From Phoronis australis (taxonomy: Eukaryota > Animalia > Phoronida), in assembly GCA_002633005.1 (NCBI GenBank), contig NMRA01000019.1:1259052-1323051 (forward strand): DNA of 64,000 nt, written 5' to 3'. Under the pieces are notes generated by a model, which was not told the DNA's origin, did no database searches, and saw only the letters and a program-made list of their open reading frames with translations. Position 1 is the stretch's first letter. The number at the start of each line of letters is the position of its first letter. This document shows, one piece after another, positions 12,401 to 22,932 of this stretch. The position numbers and the translations under genes are program-made.

Positions 12401-15400
12401 TATTTTATTATATTTCCGCGTAAAAAAAAATCGGATTTGATATAAAATTTCCGCGGCAAATTCTTACTGCCACGTTGCCGACAACTTTCACCTCGAAAAG
12501 CGGAAGTTGCTCTTTATGTTTCGGAGGAACGTAAATTGTCAACATTGCCGGGGCATCCGGGATAGCGTGGTGGATTTCCTCAATGGCGGCTCGTGTGATT
12601 GTAAACCGCGGTGACAAATACTACGACTCTGCAGCCAAAAATGTTTGGAGGTGGGAGTGGCAGATGAGCTAAGACAGACGCAGATGCACGCTTCCGGAGG
12701 TGGTACCGTTTTTTTTTTATTTTCTTTTAAATTTTTTTTAGTCCTCTCGATTTTTGTCGGCAAAAGGTCCACACTGACTTTTTCAAGGCTGGCTGCGCGC
12801 ATGTTTCGGGGCCGTAAAAATTTCCGCGTTGTTCGCCATTTGTCATTCCAAGCCCTGTCTAACTGCTGAGATTCCATCCTATTTGCTTGCAAAAACATAT
12901 TTAAGGACAGAGAATGAACATTCATTCATTCATACTTCCAGACTACTTCCAATGTTCAGTGGACGCGCTCTAGATCAGATGAGACAAAGCTGCCATCAGA
13001 GGTTGCACTCTTTTGAGTGAGACATTGTAGTTACATTTTCTAACACCAGTCCTTGCGTGCAGCTACATTCGCAATTTTTTCAGACAAGGGAACAATTTTC
13101 AAAAACTTGAACAAACTGTGGACTTTTCGTTGAAATAGAAATGGCTGGCCTGTGTGCGCCTGTTAGTTGCAGCCATATTCAAAAAGATTTTGAGTCTCAC
13201 AATATGTGTGTAAAACGAATGATGCGTTTAAATGATGAAACTATATATGATCAACATATGTCCTGAAAAAACGTATTAAGTGATATGTGCATCGCAAGCT
13301 TGTTACCAGGGATGAAAAGGAGACCGAGGTAGGCGATATAGGGTTATTTATTATGATGAAATACAATTACAAGGAAAGGGATAGAGAATACAAATTTAAA
13401 CAAATAAAAAATAATTATCTCTGGTAAGATGAGCAATAAGAAGTGTCCCCTGGAGCTAAGAGAAAATGCTGAAATGGGGGATGATAGAGTTGGGTAAAAA
13501 TGGGTAGGTTTAAGGCATATATATCTACGTGGCTAACACATAGAAACTGATCTGAAACAAGGACTTGACAACAAAGAAAATGCCTAAGGACACGTGACTA
13601 TCACCAGCTTATAAGAAACAAGAGCATATAGTTAATAGTGACCTTTTAGACAGTTTCCAGTAATAATGTACTTGTGTAAAAAGAAATGGCTAAATAGTTG
13701 AAATCATGAATTCATTTATTCTTAGGTAATGGTGACCATTTAGACACCGTCCAGTTGGATGTACTTTAATTGTAGCTTGCATGCACATACCCAAACACAG
13801 TGGTATGTGATAACGAAATTGTGCCTAACATTTACAGTCCTTAACAAAGTGGCTTGAAAAGTGTTGCTGCACAACCTGGTGACGTTTATTTGCAGGGGCC
13901 ATTATGCTGCAGGACAAGTTAGCCCGTGAACCCTTAGAGAACGAGTATACCCTTCAGATACAGGCCTTTGATACAGGTTACCCACGGCGCAGTGGGCTGA
14001 CTGATGTGACTGTACGAGTACCTGTCAATCACCCGCCTGTGTTCCGGGGGAACTTCTCATTCACTGTGGCTGAGAACCAGATGCCTGGAACGGTAGTTGG
14101 AACCGTGGATGCATTTGATAAGGATCATGATGAGTTGGAATATTACTTGAATTCTGATATTGGTGAGTCATGACAGTATATTGGTGAGTCATGACAGTAT
14201 ATTGAGAAATTACATGAAGCACAGTCTACTTGCATTCGCTGATTTTTGATTTCAAAAATAGAATATTGCTGCTCTAAAACTGGGTTGTGCTTTATGGTAA
14301 TTATTAAGTTATTTCCCTAAAAAATTGCCAAATTGTCTGATATAAAAACTTTACCTGAAATTCTTTTTTGACAGCTGTACATCGCAAACCATACTTGAGA
14401 TGAAGTAAAACATTTTAAAGTTCATGTTTATGAGAAAATTCATCTTGTCAGCAGAAAGTTATACTTTTTCACCATTTTATTTGCTTATAGTAGGTTGGTG
14501 AAGAATAATTGGACTCGGATTTATGCGCTATTTAAGATAATTTCTTATTTTTATCCATCAGTTTTGTTGTTAATAGTATATTATTCGTATAGGAGTTCAT
14601 TTGCAGAATACAACATTTAAAGGGCGAACAAGGAAAAGGGGGCATGGCTTTCACTCACCCAGCACACACTCAAGCATCCTTTCACACACTTCATCATTTA
14701 ATAGAACTAACGCTAAACTATGTATGAATTCAATATATAACAGTTGTCTCTATCCTGCAGCTTCTTCAGCACCATTCTCCATCAACCGAGTGACAGGCCA
14801 GATTACCACCAAAGGAATGTTTGACCGTGAAACCGTGGGCAAGATGGTGTTCCATGTGCATGCGAGTGACAACAGAAGTCCCTCTCACACTGCTGTGGCA
14901 GAAGTCACCGTTTTTGTGCTGGATGTGAATGATCATCGTCCGATTTTCACCGAGTCCACGTACAAGGGTAGAGTGACGGAGGATGACAGAGAGCCTCATG
15001 TTGGACAGCCTGTCATTCTGGCAAGTGTCACTGGCTGTCACTGTCAGGGTCGCTTTGTTATTTTGTGACTGTAACATATTAAAGTCTATGATGCAATTAA
15101 CTTGAAAAATTTGAAAAATTGCACACTCTGAGACAGGTTGTTGATTGGGAAATAAATTAAATGTATTTCTACGTTGATGAAAATAAGATACTTTAATTGG
15201 ACTTTTCCATTAAAATTGGGCATTTTTAAGAAAGATGTCTGACATAATGATGGTGTCTTATTTATAAACAGGAAATAATGCAGTTGTGTGTTAACTGGTC
15301 GTTTTTTATCTTTACTGCTGTGTTTGTGTTTCTGTCTTGCAGACTTGTAAAATTGTTTTATTTTGTCAGCAGGTGTCACCCATTGAAGCCAAAGACAATG

Positions 15401-18127
15401 ACGAGAATTATGAAAACCGTAATATCGTCTACAGCCTGAGCGGGGAACACAGCGACTACTTTATCATCAATGGCAAGTCAGCCAGACTTCACGTCAGTCC
15501 AACGGGGACTGGCAGGATTGACAGAGAGACAACAGCACAGTTCAAGCTAAAGGTACATCGTTTCAGTTTATTGACCTGCATAAACAAGTAGTTCTATTAA
15601 GTACTCCTTGTTTCTGTTTGCAATAAAGCATCTGTTTGAAAAATGCGCTCATTTTTAAGGTGAAATGACAAATGTATTCTGTTTGAAAAATGGAAATATT
15701 TGGTAGTAAAATGTGGATAATGCTCTAAATGAATCTTGTCAGTTCATTTTCTTTTGATGTCCTTTGCATTTTCATTGCAAAATATTGCAAGTAGAAGTGA
15801 GTGGTTTTTTGGGCTAGTAACATGATTGTGTAGCCAGCGTAATGCTCCCAGGCCGGGGGTGAGTTTCCCCGATTTCGCTGATTGGGAAATTCAATATAGC
15901 GCAGCTATTTCAAAAGTAGCTATTTCGAAAGTCACACCATCCCTTTCTTTATCAGGTAATTGCTCAGGATCAGGGAGGAACTGGACTGAAGACCTTTGTT
16001 GACCTAATTATTGAGGTGGAAGATGTCAATGACAACACACCTAGTTTTAAAGAGTACCCACCTTTTGAAGTGCCTAGTACAGTCCAAATTGGCGAGTCTG
16101 TTGGCTTTGTCATCGCTGACGACGCGGATGCAACCCAACCCAACAATGAGATTATTTACATCCTCGAAGGTGACACCTATGGAAAATTTAGTGTTGACAT
16201 GGCTGCAGGTTTGTGTCCCATAAGTGTTTTCCAAAATAATGTCAACTTAGTTAACTGTGGTCAAACATTCATGCTCACCTGTAGTTCGTGTCTAAGTCAA
16301 TGGGATTTCACCACTAATTTTTTTTATTCCTTGCAATGACCGTGTCGTCGAATCACCTCTGGTGGGATGCTCTGATGACTTGAGTATAAAGTCATGACGC
16401 AAAATGTCTAAATGAAAGAAGGCTCATGTTGTCTTTGTGAACTCTGCCCGACTGCACACAAGAAGACAGACACAGAAGACATTTTTGAGCTCTCACGTTG
16501 CTAAGAAGTTGTGTTATGGATGTCAGCTGGCAGTGACTGTTTCTGTCTATGCCAGGCTTGTTTTAACATTTTCACTGTGGAAGTAAAGAAGTAAAAGGAG
16601 TAATATTGCTCTATTGATCACAGTTATTTGGGAAATCTTGATAATGCTAACTTTTGTGAGTATCCAGTGTCTGGTTTAGTCACCGTAGGTTTACCTTCCA
16701 TTAAGTCTTGTAAGAACTTGGTAAGTATGTATTGGCGTATCTTCACCAGGTACCATCAGTGTGGTGAGAGCGCTTCATGAAGAGCCCCGTCATAATTTGT
16801 ATCAGCTCCACATCAGGGCCGTGGACAAGGGCTCCCCCACGAGGATGGCGGACACCACTATTGAGATCAAGACGGACACAAGTAGCTATAATGAGCACTC
16901 ACCACAAATCACTGGAGACACAGTGTTCTTTCTGAAGGAGGAAGAACCAATAGGAACCCTGGTGGGACAGATGGATGTTCACGATTTAGATGTTGGCGAT
17001 ACCAAAGTTACATTCTCAAAGGATGATGACAGTCTGTTTGGTATGATTTGTTTTTGTACTAAACTGTGTTATGGTAAACATACATTGTACCACTAGAGTT
17101 ACTGTCATGGCCGCTTGAAGAATAACTTTGAAGCTACGCTCATGTGTACAAGCCGTGATGTTTTTAACTTAAATCAGTGAATGGAGTTCCTGCTTTTTGA
17201 CTGATAAAAGGCATGAAATGTATTAAAGTGATGATAGAAAACTTAAGAAATGAACACATCATTTTTCCTATTATCTAGTTCACTTTTACTCTTGACTGTT
17301 GTCCTCTGTTGTAATCACCCAGGTAATTGAATGTGAATTACCTTTTGACATACTCTCCCAGCAAGTTGATTACCATTCATCTCATAACTTGAATGTATTA
17401 GTACATAATCCCTCTTTTATCACCTAACATTGACAATATTGTTGTTAGTTTTTTCATTACAAACCTGAAGTAACCCTATATTATCATAAAGGCACATCAG
17501 TCTTGTGGACTGATCTAAAGCTCGAGTCCCTTTTTGCATTTCTAAATTTGAATGTTTTATTTTGTTGCAGTTCCGTTTCAAGTAACTGAAGACGGTCGCA
17601 TCCTAGTCGATGGACGTATCGACCGTGACCGAGGTGACAAAATATTCCAATTCACAGTGAATGCCATGGACCTAGGGACTCCACCGAAAAATGACTCCAC
17701 AGTTGTCGTTGTCGTGATTCAAGACATCAACGATAACGCGCCTCAGTTTACACAGCCGCAGTACAGACACAAAGTTCACCCACTGTTTCCTGTAGGATCC
17801 ATTGTTGCCACACCATTTGCCTTTGACCCTCTGGATGAGACACCGTCCTCATATTATTATGATCTGATGAGCCTGGAGACGGGAGACCCACCAGAGTTTT
17901 TGTACATTGACCACGACACTGGTGTAGTCAGGGTAAACTCTAATGTTCTCAAAGCCAAGAAGGGATCTGAGGTGTTCTCTGTCAAAGTTCGAGATGTGAA
18001 TAACATTAGTTTGGACTCAGAAGCCACTTTGAAAATTGATGTCATTGACGAAGGGCAACTTAAGCCTTGTTGCTGTAAAATACCTTGTGATGAACCTGGG
18101 GCTGATAATAATGGTGGCTCCATCTGA
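471..18127 (+). CDS. Cadherin-related protein (CDHR/CDH23/PCDH15-like), 5'-partial, 20 exons, about 12 extracellular cadherin repeats, no TM domain
   Basis: Exons 471-564, 1184-1314, 2280-2459, 4080-4217, 4502-4666, 5210-5457, 7150-7348, 8129-8217, 8539-8623, 9316-9540, 9758-9865, 10206-10334, 11670-11837, 12044-12296, 13896-14162, 14761-15020 (GC donor), 15373-15552, 15956-16208, 16750-17040, 17571-18127 (TGA). They total 4020 nt and all phases are compatible. Repeated cadherin motifs: DxNDNxPxF, AxDxDxGxNG, (L/F/I)DRE, PE. TTPPIFAADQD...IQASQRDN resembles PCDH15/Cad99C-type repeats, and CVETESLERKESS..ATVRISLSDANDN resembles CDHR1/Cad87A-type repeats (recalled similarity, not searched). Confidence 0.93.
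2864..3010. repeat. Short interspersed repeat; second diverged copy at ~29268-29403
   Basis: Shared blocks cccaaacaaaagaagtc..atc...tgtggtaa.tggcta and ttgggaa.tgaga.g.agcgc. Confidence 0.55.
3020..3112. repeat. 42-bp tandem duplication (x2.2)
   Basis: ttacttcaggccatgctcattgtgttgctaagtcaccgtggg repeated exactly. Confidence 0.9.
5758..7113. repeat. About 680-bp direct duplication (5758-6435 / 6437-7113) across a single N; likely haplotype duplication
   Basis: Near-identical copies with scattered substitutions, joined exactly at N 6436. Intronic. Confidence 0.85.
6095..6215 (+). repeat. Degenerate CORE-type SINE fragment (duplicated at ~6775-6895)
   Basis: GTCCTTGAGCAAGGCACTTAAC at 6151-6172 resembles the CORE-SINE central motif. 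No intact tRNA-derived head is visible. Confidence 0.4.
10255..10880 (+). repeat. Degenerate ~110-120-bp tandem repeat (about 6 units) derived from a cadherin exon end and its donor site
   Basis: Units begin tgtgttcaa(a/g)ca(t/c)c and contain ataca(a)gacca(g/c)gt...aagatgg(t)aagtgttc. Unit 1 is the coding exon. Confidence 0.75.
12340..12857. mobile_element. hAT-like MITE in a cadherin intron
   Basis: 13-bp TIR CAGGGCTTGGAAT / ATTCCAAGCCCTG, internal TTTCCGCG sub-terminal repeats and a CpG-rich interior. No clear 8-bp TSD. Confidence 0.65.
17571..18127 (+). CDS. Terminal coding exon of the cadherin gene: most of the last two cadherin repeats plus the Cys-rich tail GQLKPCCCKIPCDEPGADNNGGSI*
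   Basis: Acceptor tttgttgcag at 17561-17570; open frame to TGA at 18125-18127; IDRD and QDINDNAPQF motifs. Confidence 0.88.
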
Positions 18128-18810
18128 GGTCTGTTTTTGGAGCAGTTATGAAACCCTGTTCTCATGTCCACAACAACTTGATAGTTCCCAAGCATATTTA
18201 TGCTTCCAAAATGGCATTATTGCCTTTTTGTCACATGACAGAAGTGCTAGTGGGTTACAATAATTTACGTAGACAAAATCTTGTGTGTCAGTACCTCAGA
18301 ATTTCATATTGAAGTCGAAACGTTCACATCATGACCTGAAACTTGTTGAAACAATAATGTTCTTAGTGAGCACAGAGATTATTTCCAACTGAGTAAGGAA
18401 TGCTCATGATACGACCATTTTTTAAACGTTCATAGACCTAAACCAAAATTTAGTTTTGGGCAGAAAGCAAGAGTTTAATGCCACTCTAAAATTTAAATCA
18501 ACAAGAGAAATAGTCTGTTTAATCTTAACCATTTTGTCAATTCACAAACAATGTTAAAAGGCAAAAAGCAGGCGAGAACCTCATAATAGATATGATGGAT
18601 GATCAGACCATTCCTTTGTAATTAATATTCATTCATTTGGTATTTAGCCTTGTGACCTGTTGTGTTATTTGTTATTCATTGCCACTCTTCATAGTTGTTA
18701 GTTACAAAGTAGCCGTCTGCATCTGGGCCCTGTTTCACCATGTACGGGAATTCTCCGCTTATTTTGCACAAAATGAATTAAATATATTTCCTGATAATCT
18801 GGTTGTGCCA

Positions 18811-18816
18811 AATAAA
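18811..18816 (+). promoter_or_regulatory. Putative polyadenylation signal of the cadherin gene
   Basis: AATAAA about 690 nt after the stop, followed by GT-rich sequence (gacaggtgtgt). A second AATAAA lies near 19090. Confidence 0.5.
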
Positions 18817-19280
18817 CTGAATATTCAGACTTCATAGTTGACAGGTGTGTAAAATTAACGGAGTAACAAAGCATCGCTGACTATCCATTTGTGAATTTAA
18901 GGAAATGAGGACTTCGAGTTGCCAACGTGATCCTATTAGCAACTTAGACACTTTATCCCATATCCTAGCTGTACACGTGTACTTTAACCAGTTATTGGTG
19001 AAGCACTCTTTTCAGTATGTGACTCTTGAGTGACACCAAACTCATTTCACCTTTAGTTATCTAAACGAGAGTATCAGGTGTCCCATATAAATAAATGAAT
19101 GAAGTGGTGAATATACTTACCGGGTAATTAACATAGCTCACGAGATGTGTATTACAAGAATTAATGACAAAGTGCAAAACTAACTGCAAATTAGGCAAGA
19201 ATTCCCAAGTAGCGTCGTGCAAAATAGGTGAGGGCAAAATACTATTTTTTTAAAATAGTTTTTGGTGTGCGAAAGGTGAG

Positions 19281-19446
19281 TGTACTGAATAAGTATGAGC
19301 GTACTGAATAAGTATGAGCGTACTGAATAAGTATGGGCATACTGAATAAGTATGGGCGTACTGAATAAGTATGGGCGTACTGAATAAGTATGGGCGTACT
19401 GAATAAGTATGGGCATACTGAATAAGTATGAGCGTACTGAATAAGT
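19281..19446. repeat. 19-bp minisatellite (GTACTGAATAAGTATG(G/A)GC) x ~9
   Basis: Head-to-tail units with no spacers. Confidence 0.95.
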
Positions 19447-19710
19447 TGAGAATAGCAGTGAGGTGCTTTACCAGTTTAAACTGGTGAGGTCGCCGTCTGC
19501 TTGTAATGCATAGCAATATCTTAAAGAAAATTAGTGGGATTTCACCAAACTCACAGCCCTGATTTGTTGTTAAGCAAGTCTCTCACTACAAGTCCAACCT
19601 GGTAACCTGACTTATTTGTTCGACCAATTTATTGTTATAATCTTCACCATGGTTACACCACAATTAATATTCAAAATAAATTAAAAAACTCACGTTTGGT
19701 ACTTGACAGC

Positions 19711-19716
19711 TTTATT
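19711..19716 (-). promoter_or_regulatory. Putative polyadenylation signal of VPS13 (3'UTR about 3.2 kb)
   Basis: The minus strand reads ...gaaaAATAAAgctgtcaagtaccaaacgtgagttttttaatttattttg, an AATAAA with a U/GU-rich downstream element. No coding exons were found between 19716 and 22933. Confidence 0.5.
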
Positions 19717-20941
19717 TTTCAAGTGGATACATTTGCACAACATTATCTTCATCATTTAGAGATTATTTAATACCCTAGGACCAACTGCCAGGTAATACCA
19801 CAATAATTTCAGTTGGCATGTAATAGTGGTCCATGTGTCTCCATAAAGAGCACAAAGAATGATAATCTAAGAGTATAGTAACTGTTGTTATTTTCACAGA
19901 TCCTCACCTTATTAGAAAATTCAGTAATAGTTAAATCTACCTGTGAGAAAATATCTGAATCTTATGTGATTTATGCCAAATGCTTAAGACTATCAAACGC
20001 GCAACTATACCACACTCAGTCTCGGTTTACGAGTGACAACACAAAATCGCACATCAAGTCGCATTATTAAAGATGTTCAGTAATGGTTTACATTACTCTA
20101 TTATGCTAAGAATCACTGCATTAGTGTACAGCAGTATTTATTGCAACTATGTGACTATAGTGGAATGCATTGCACAGGATGTCTGTTCATTTAATGCAAT
20201 TGAAAAATGAACTGGTACCTGTCTGAAGAGGCAAGTGACTTTCCACTCAACGGAAATAGATAGACAATAAAATGAATTTTAGAATGTAAACAAAAAATTT
20301 CTGACTTTAGCTGAGAAAATGAAGTTTATCATTTTTGTATACATATTAACTTCGAAAATATATTTACCATTTTAAAACAAATGTTTGCCTTTTCGTACAC
20401 AGATTGATGATAAGCCACATACCTGACACAAATTAACTAACGGATTCAATGTCAAGCGACCAGAACCAACACGACTCACTTACTCATTAACATAGCTGTA
20501 CATTCATGGATCTGTAATCTCTGTTCACTCACTCACTCACTCACTCACTTAATACAAATACGGCCAATGCACCTGAAAAGGCACCACTCCTGGATGGCAC
20601 ACGCGGCTGTGTGTTTTGGGGTGTGTAAACCGTGTTTTATGAGTGTAGGGAGAGGGAATGTTTGTGAGTCAATTAGCTGCGTTTACGAATCTACGAGCAG
20701 CTTTCATGAGTGCGTGAGCCGTATTTTTCAAGTAGAGTGAATGATAGATTGCACCATGATCATCAGTACACTGATTATCTAAATCTAACCACACACAACT
20801 TTGAATAGAACTTCTTAACAAAAAACAACAACAGTAGTAACAACACAGTTAGCTGCAAATGGTCAAACCACATTACTATGACCCCATCCTTTCTAAGAGG
20901 TTCATTGTAATCAAAGTTTGTTGTATCCTAAGCAACTTGTA

Positions 20942-20977
20942 TGCAGTGCAGTGCAGTGCAGTGCAGTGCAGTGCAGT
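20942..20977. repeat. (TGCAG)n microsatellite; (TCAC)n at 20525-20549
   Basis: Direct reading. Confidence 0.9.
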
Positions 20978-21041
20978 TGGCATAGAACTCGAGGGAAAAA
21001 AATGTGAGCAAGCATTATATTAAACCAGCTTTGTTGTCTGT

Positions 21042-21443
21042 AATAGAGCTGTCCGGGATTACATGGTGATAGAACTCCCTTTGTCCTGGAGATAAAGCAC
21101 ACGACCTCCTTTTGGAAATTGGGCACATTTTCGTACCTCTGGTTGATGTCGGGAAGGCAAAGAATTTCACATTACACATCCACGGGTTTTTGTCCAGTTT
21201 ATCAAACTTTCTCATGTAGGAGAGGCAGCCCACAGCACAGCAGTAGTACTTTATTAGCATTGGAAGGACGAATAGAGTGATACAACCGAGAAAAACTTGG
21301 AAAGAATCAGACAACAACAAATAACATGTGAAACTCCAATGGCATCAAAACGAGGCAGCAAATGTGCCTGACAGATGTTCATGGCATTGTGGGTAAATAC
21401 AGCGAGATTCGAGTGCTGCTGTGTAACCAGGGACGGCCCTATT
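21042..21443. mobile_element. MITE family A, copy 1 (in the putative VPS13 3'UTR)
   Basis: About 400 bp, homologous to 34495-34882. Imperfect TIRs of consensus AATAGGGCCGTCC..GATTACACAGC. Confidence 0.8.
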
Positions 21444-22932
21444 GCACTTTAAGTAAACATTGTAAATGGCAAAGGACAACAAGCTTCATTACAATTCAAA
21501 TACATGGCAAATTGTTATTAAGGAATGTCTGATATTACAAGGAACACATGCGATGTTTCAATTACTAAATGGTACAGAGGCCATCTGATGTTTGCAGTAA
21601 TACTATCATGCACACAAATTACCATGCCAAACTGAAATGAACACAATGCTGCCACTCACAGCAAGCTAAGACTTAGCATGTGTCGTAAACTTTAAGTTTA
21701 AGTTTAATCTGCATTGCAACCAAAACTAATACAACTCAACAAATAAACACAAAGAACCAATATCTGCACCTGACAATTAGAAGTAAACAAAAATCCTTGT
21801 TTTAGAACAGTCTCTTCAAAGCAAAACATTATAACTAGTAAGGTTAAAAAGAACTCATCAATTTTTTATTCAAGGAAGATCATATTTCCTTGTGAAGTTA
21901 TTAAAAAAATTTTAAGCATTATCAATTTACTTGAATTTGTTAATGACCAAATATTAAAACAGCTCTTAATTTCAAGGAAAATAATTGAATTCACAAGCTT
22001 TTAAGTAAAAAAATAATCTAACTTTTGAAAAAATTAAATTTGATTGATTGAAATTCACCATACTCAAATGTAAATAAATATTTTAATATAATTTAAAAAT
22101 ATAAAAATGATGGCCAAGTGCAAGTTGAATTTTTTATTGTAATCATGTGTCTCGTTTTATCAAAGGACATCAGTCTGGTCTCAGATATTAAGTTGTTTGT
22201 AACTGATTGTAATTTGCCAACAGTTCATTAACATGGCCCATGCAGGCAGTTGTTAAGGCTAAAACTATGAACACAGTGTTGCCGCGTTTGCAATAGAGTG
22301 CCTATGACCATCTCGTGACCTTTGAAAAAACAGGCATAATGCCAACAGGCAAAAACCCTATAACCATATAGATTGCACTTGTTCAAAGGGTTCAGATCTT
22401 ACTAAAGTGACGTACCCTCAAAGAAAAAAACACTGACACCAAGACAATATCAATAAAACAAATAACTGTTCTGAGCATGCTATATCACCACAACACCCAC
22501 GAAAACGACACTAATATCATTGATAACCCTAAGCTTTAATAATCTCTAACATATGAACACTGAAACATCCTGTGAGTATGAAGGTCTCCAATTAGTTGAG
22601 ATAATGCTCTACGGAAATTTTATACAGAAAAAATAGGTGAGCTTAACGAACCACTTATGAACTAACACATCCAAAAATATGAGTAAACATAAGTCCTGCA
22701 TGAGCATATCTAACACATGCCACATAACACCGTACCCATTCACATAACACTGTACCCATTTCCATAACACAGTTTCGTTCACAAAACACTGGCCTCATTT
22801 GAATAATGCCGGCTTCATATACATATCACCGGTCTCTAAAAACTAAACAGCAGTCAGCTATGAGAAGCAACTATGAGTCTGTTGTGATATTAAATTCAGT
22901 GAGATTGATATATCTTCATGCACCATCTCTCC

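Noticed and set aside
18637-18837. Hydrophobic ORF as the missing transmembrane exon of the cadherin
   Set aside because: The hydrophobicity is explained by T-rich UTR composition. There is no convincing phase-compatible donor before the stop at 18127, and the ORF overlaps the poly(A) signal. Not formally excluded without RNA data.
19281-19446. CRISPR-like array
   Set aside because: The 19-bp units are contiguous with no unique spacers, there are no cas genes, and the context is eukaryotic. It is a minisatellite. The same applies to the 37-bp arrays at 55052 and 59358.
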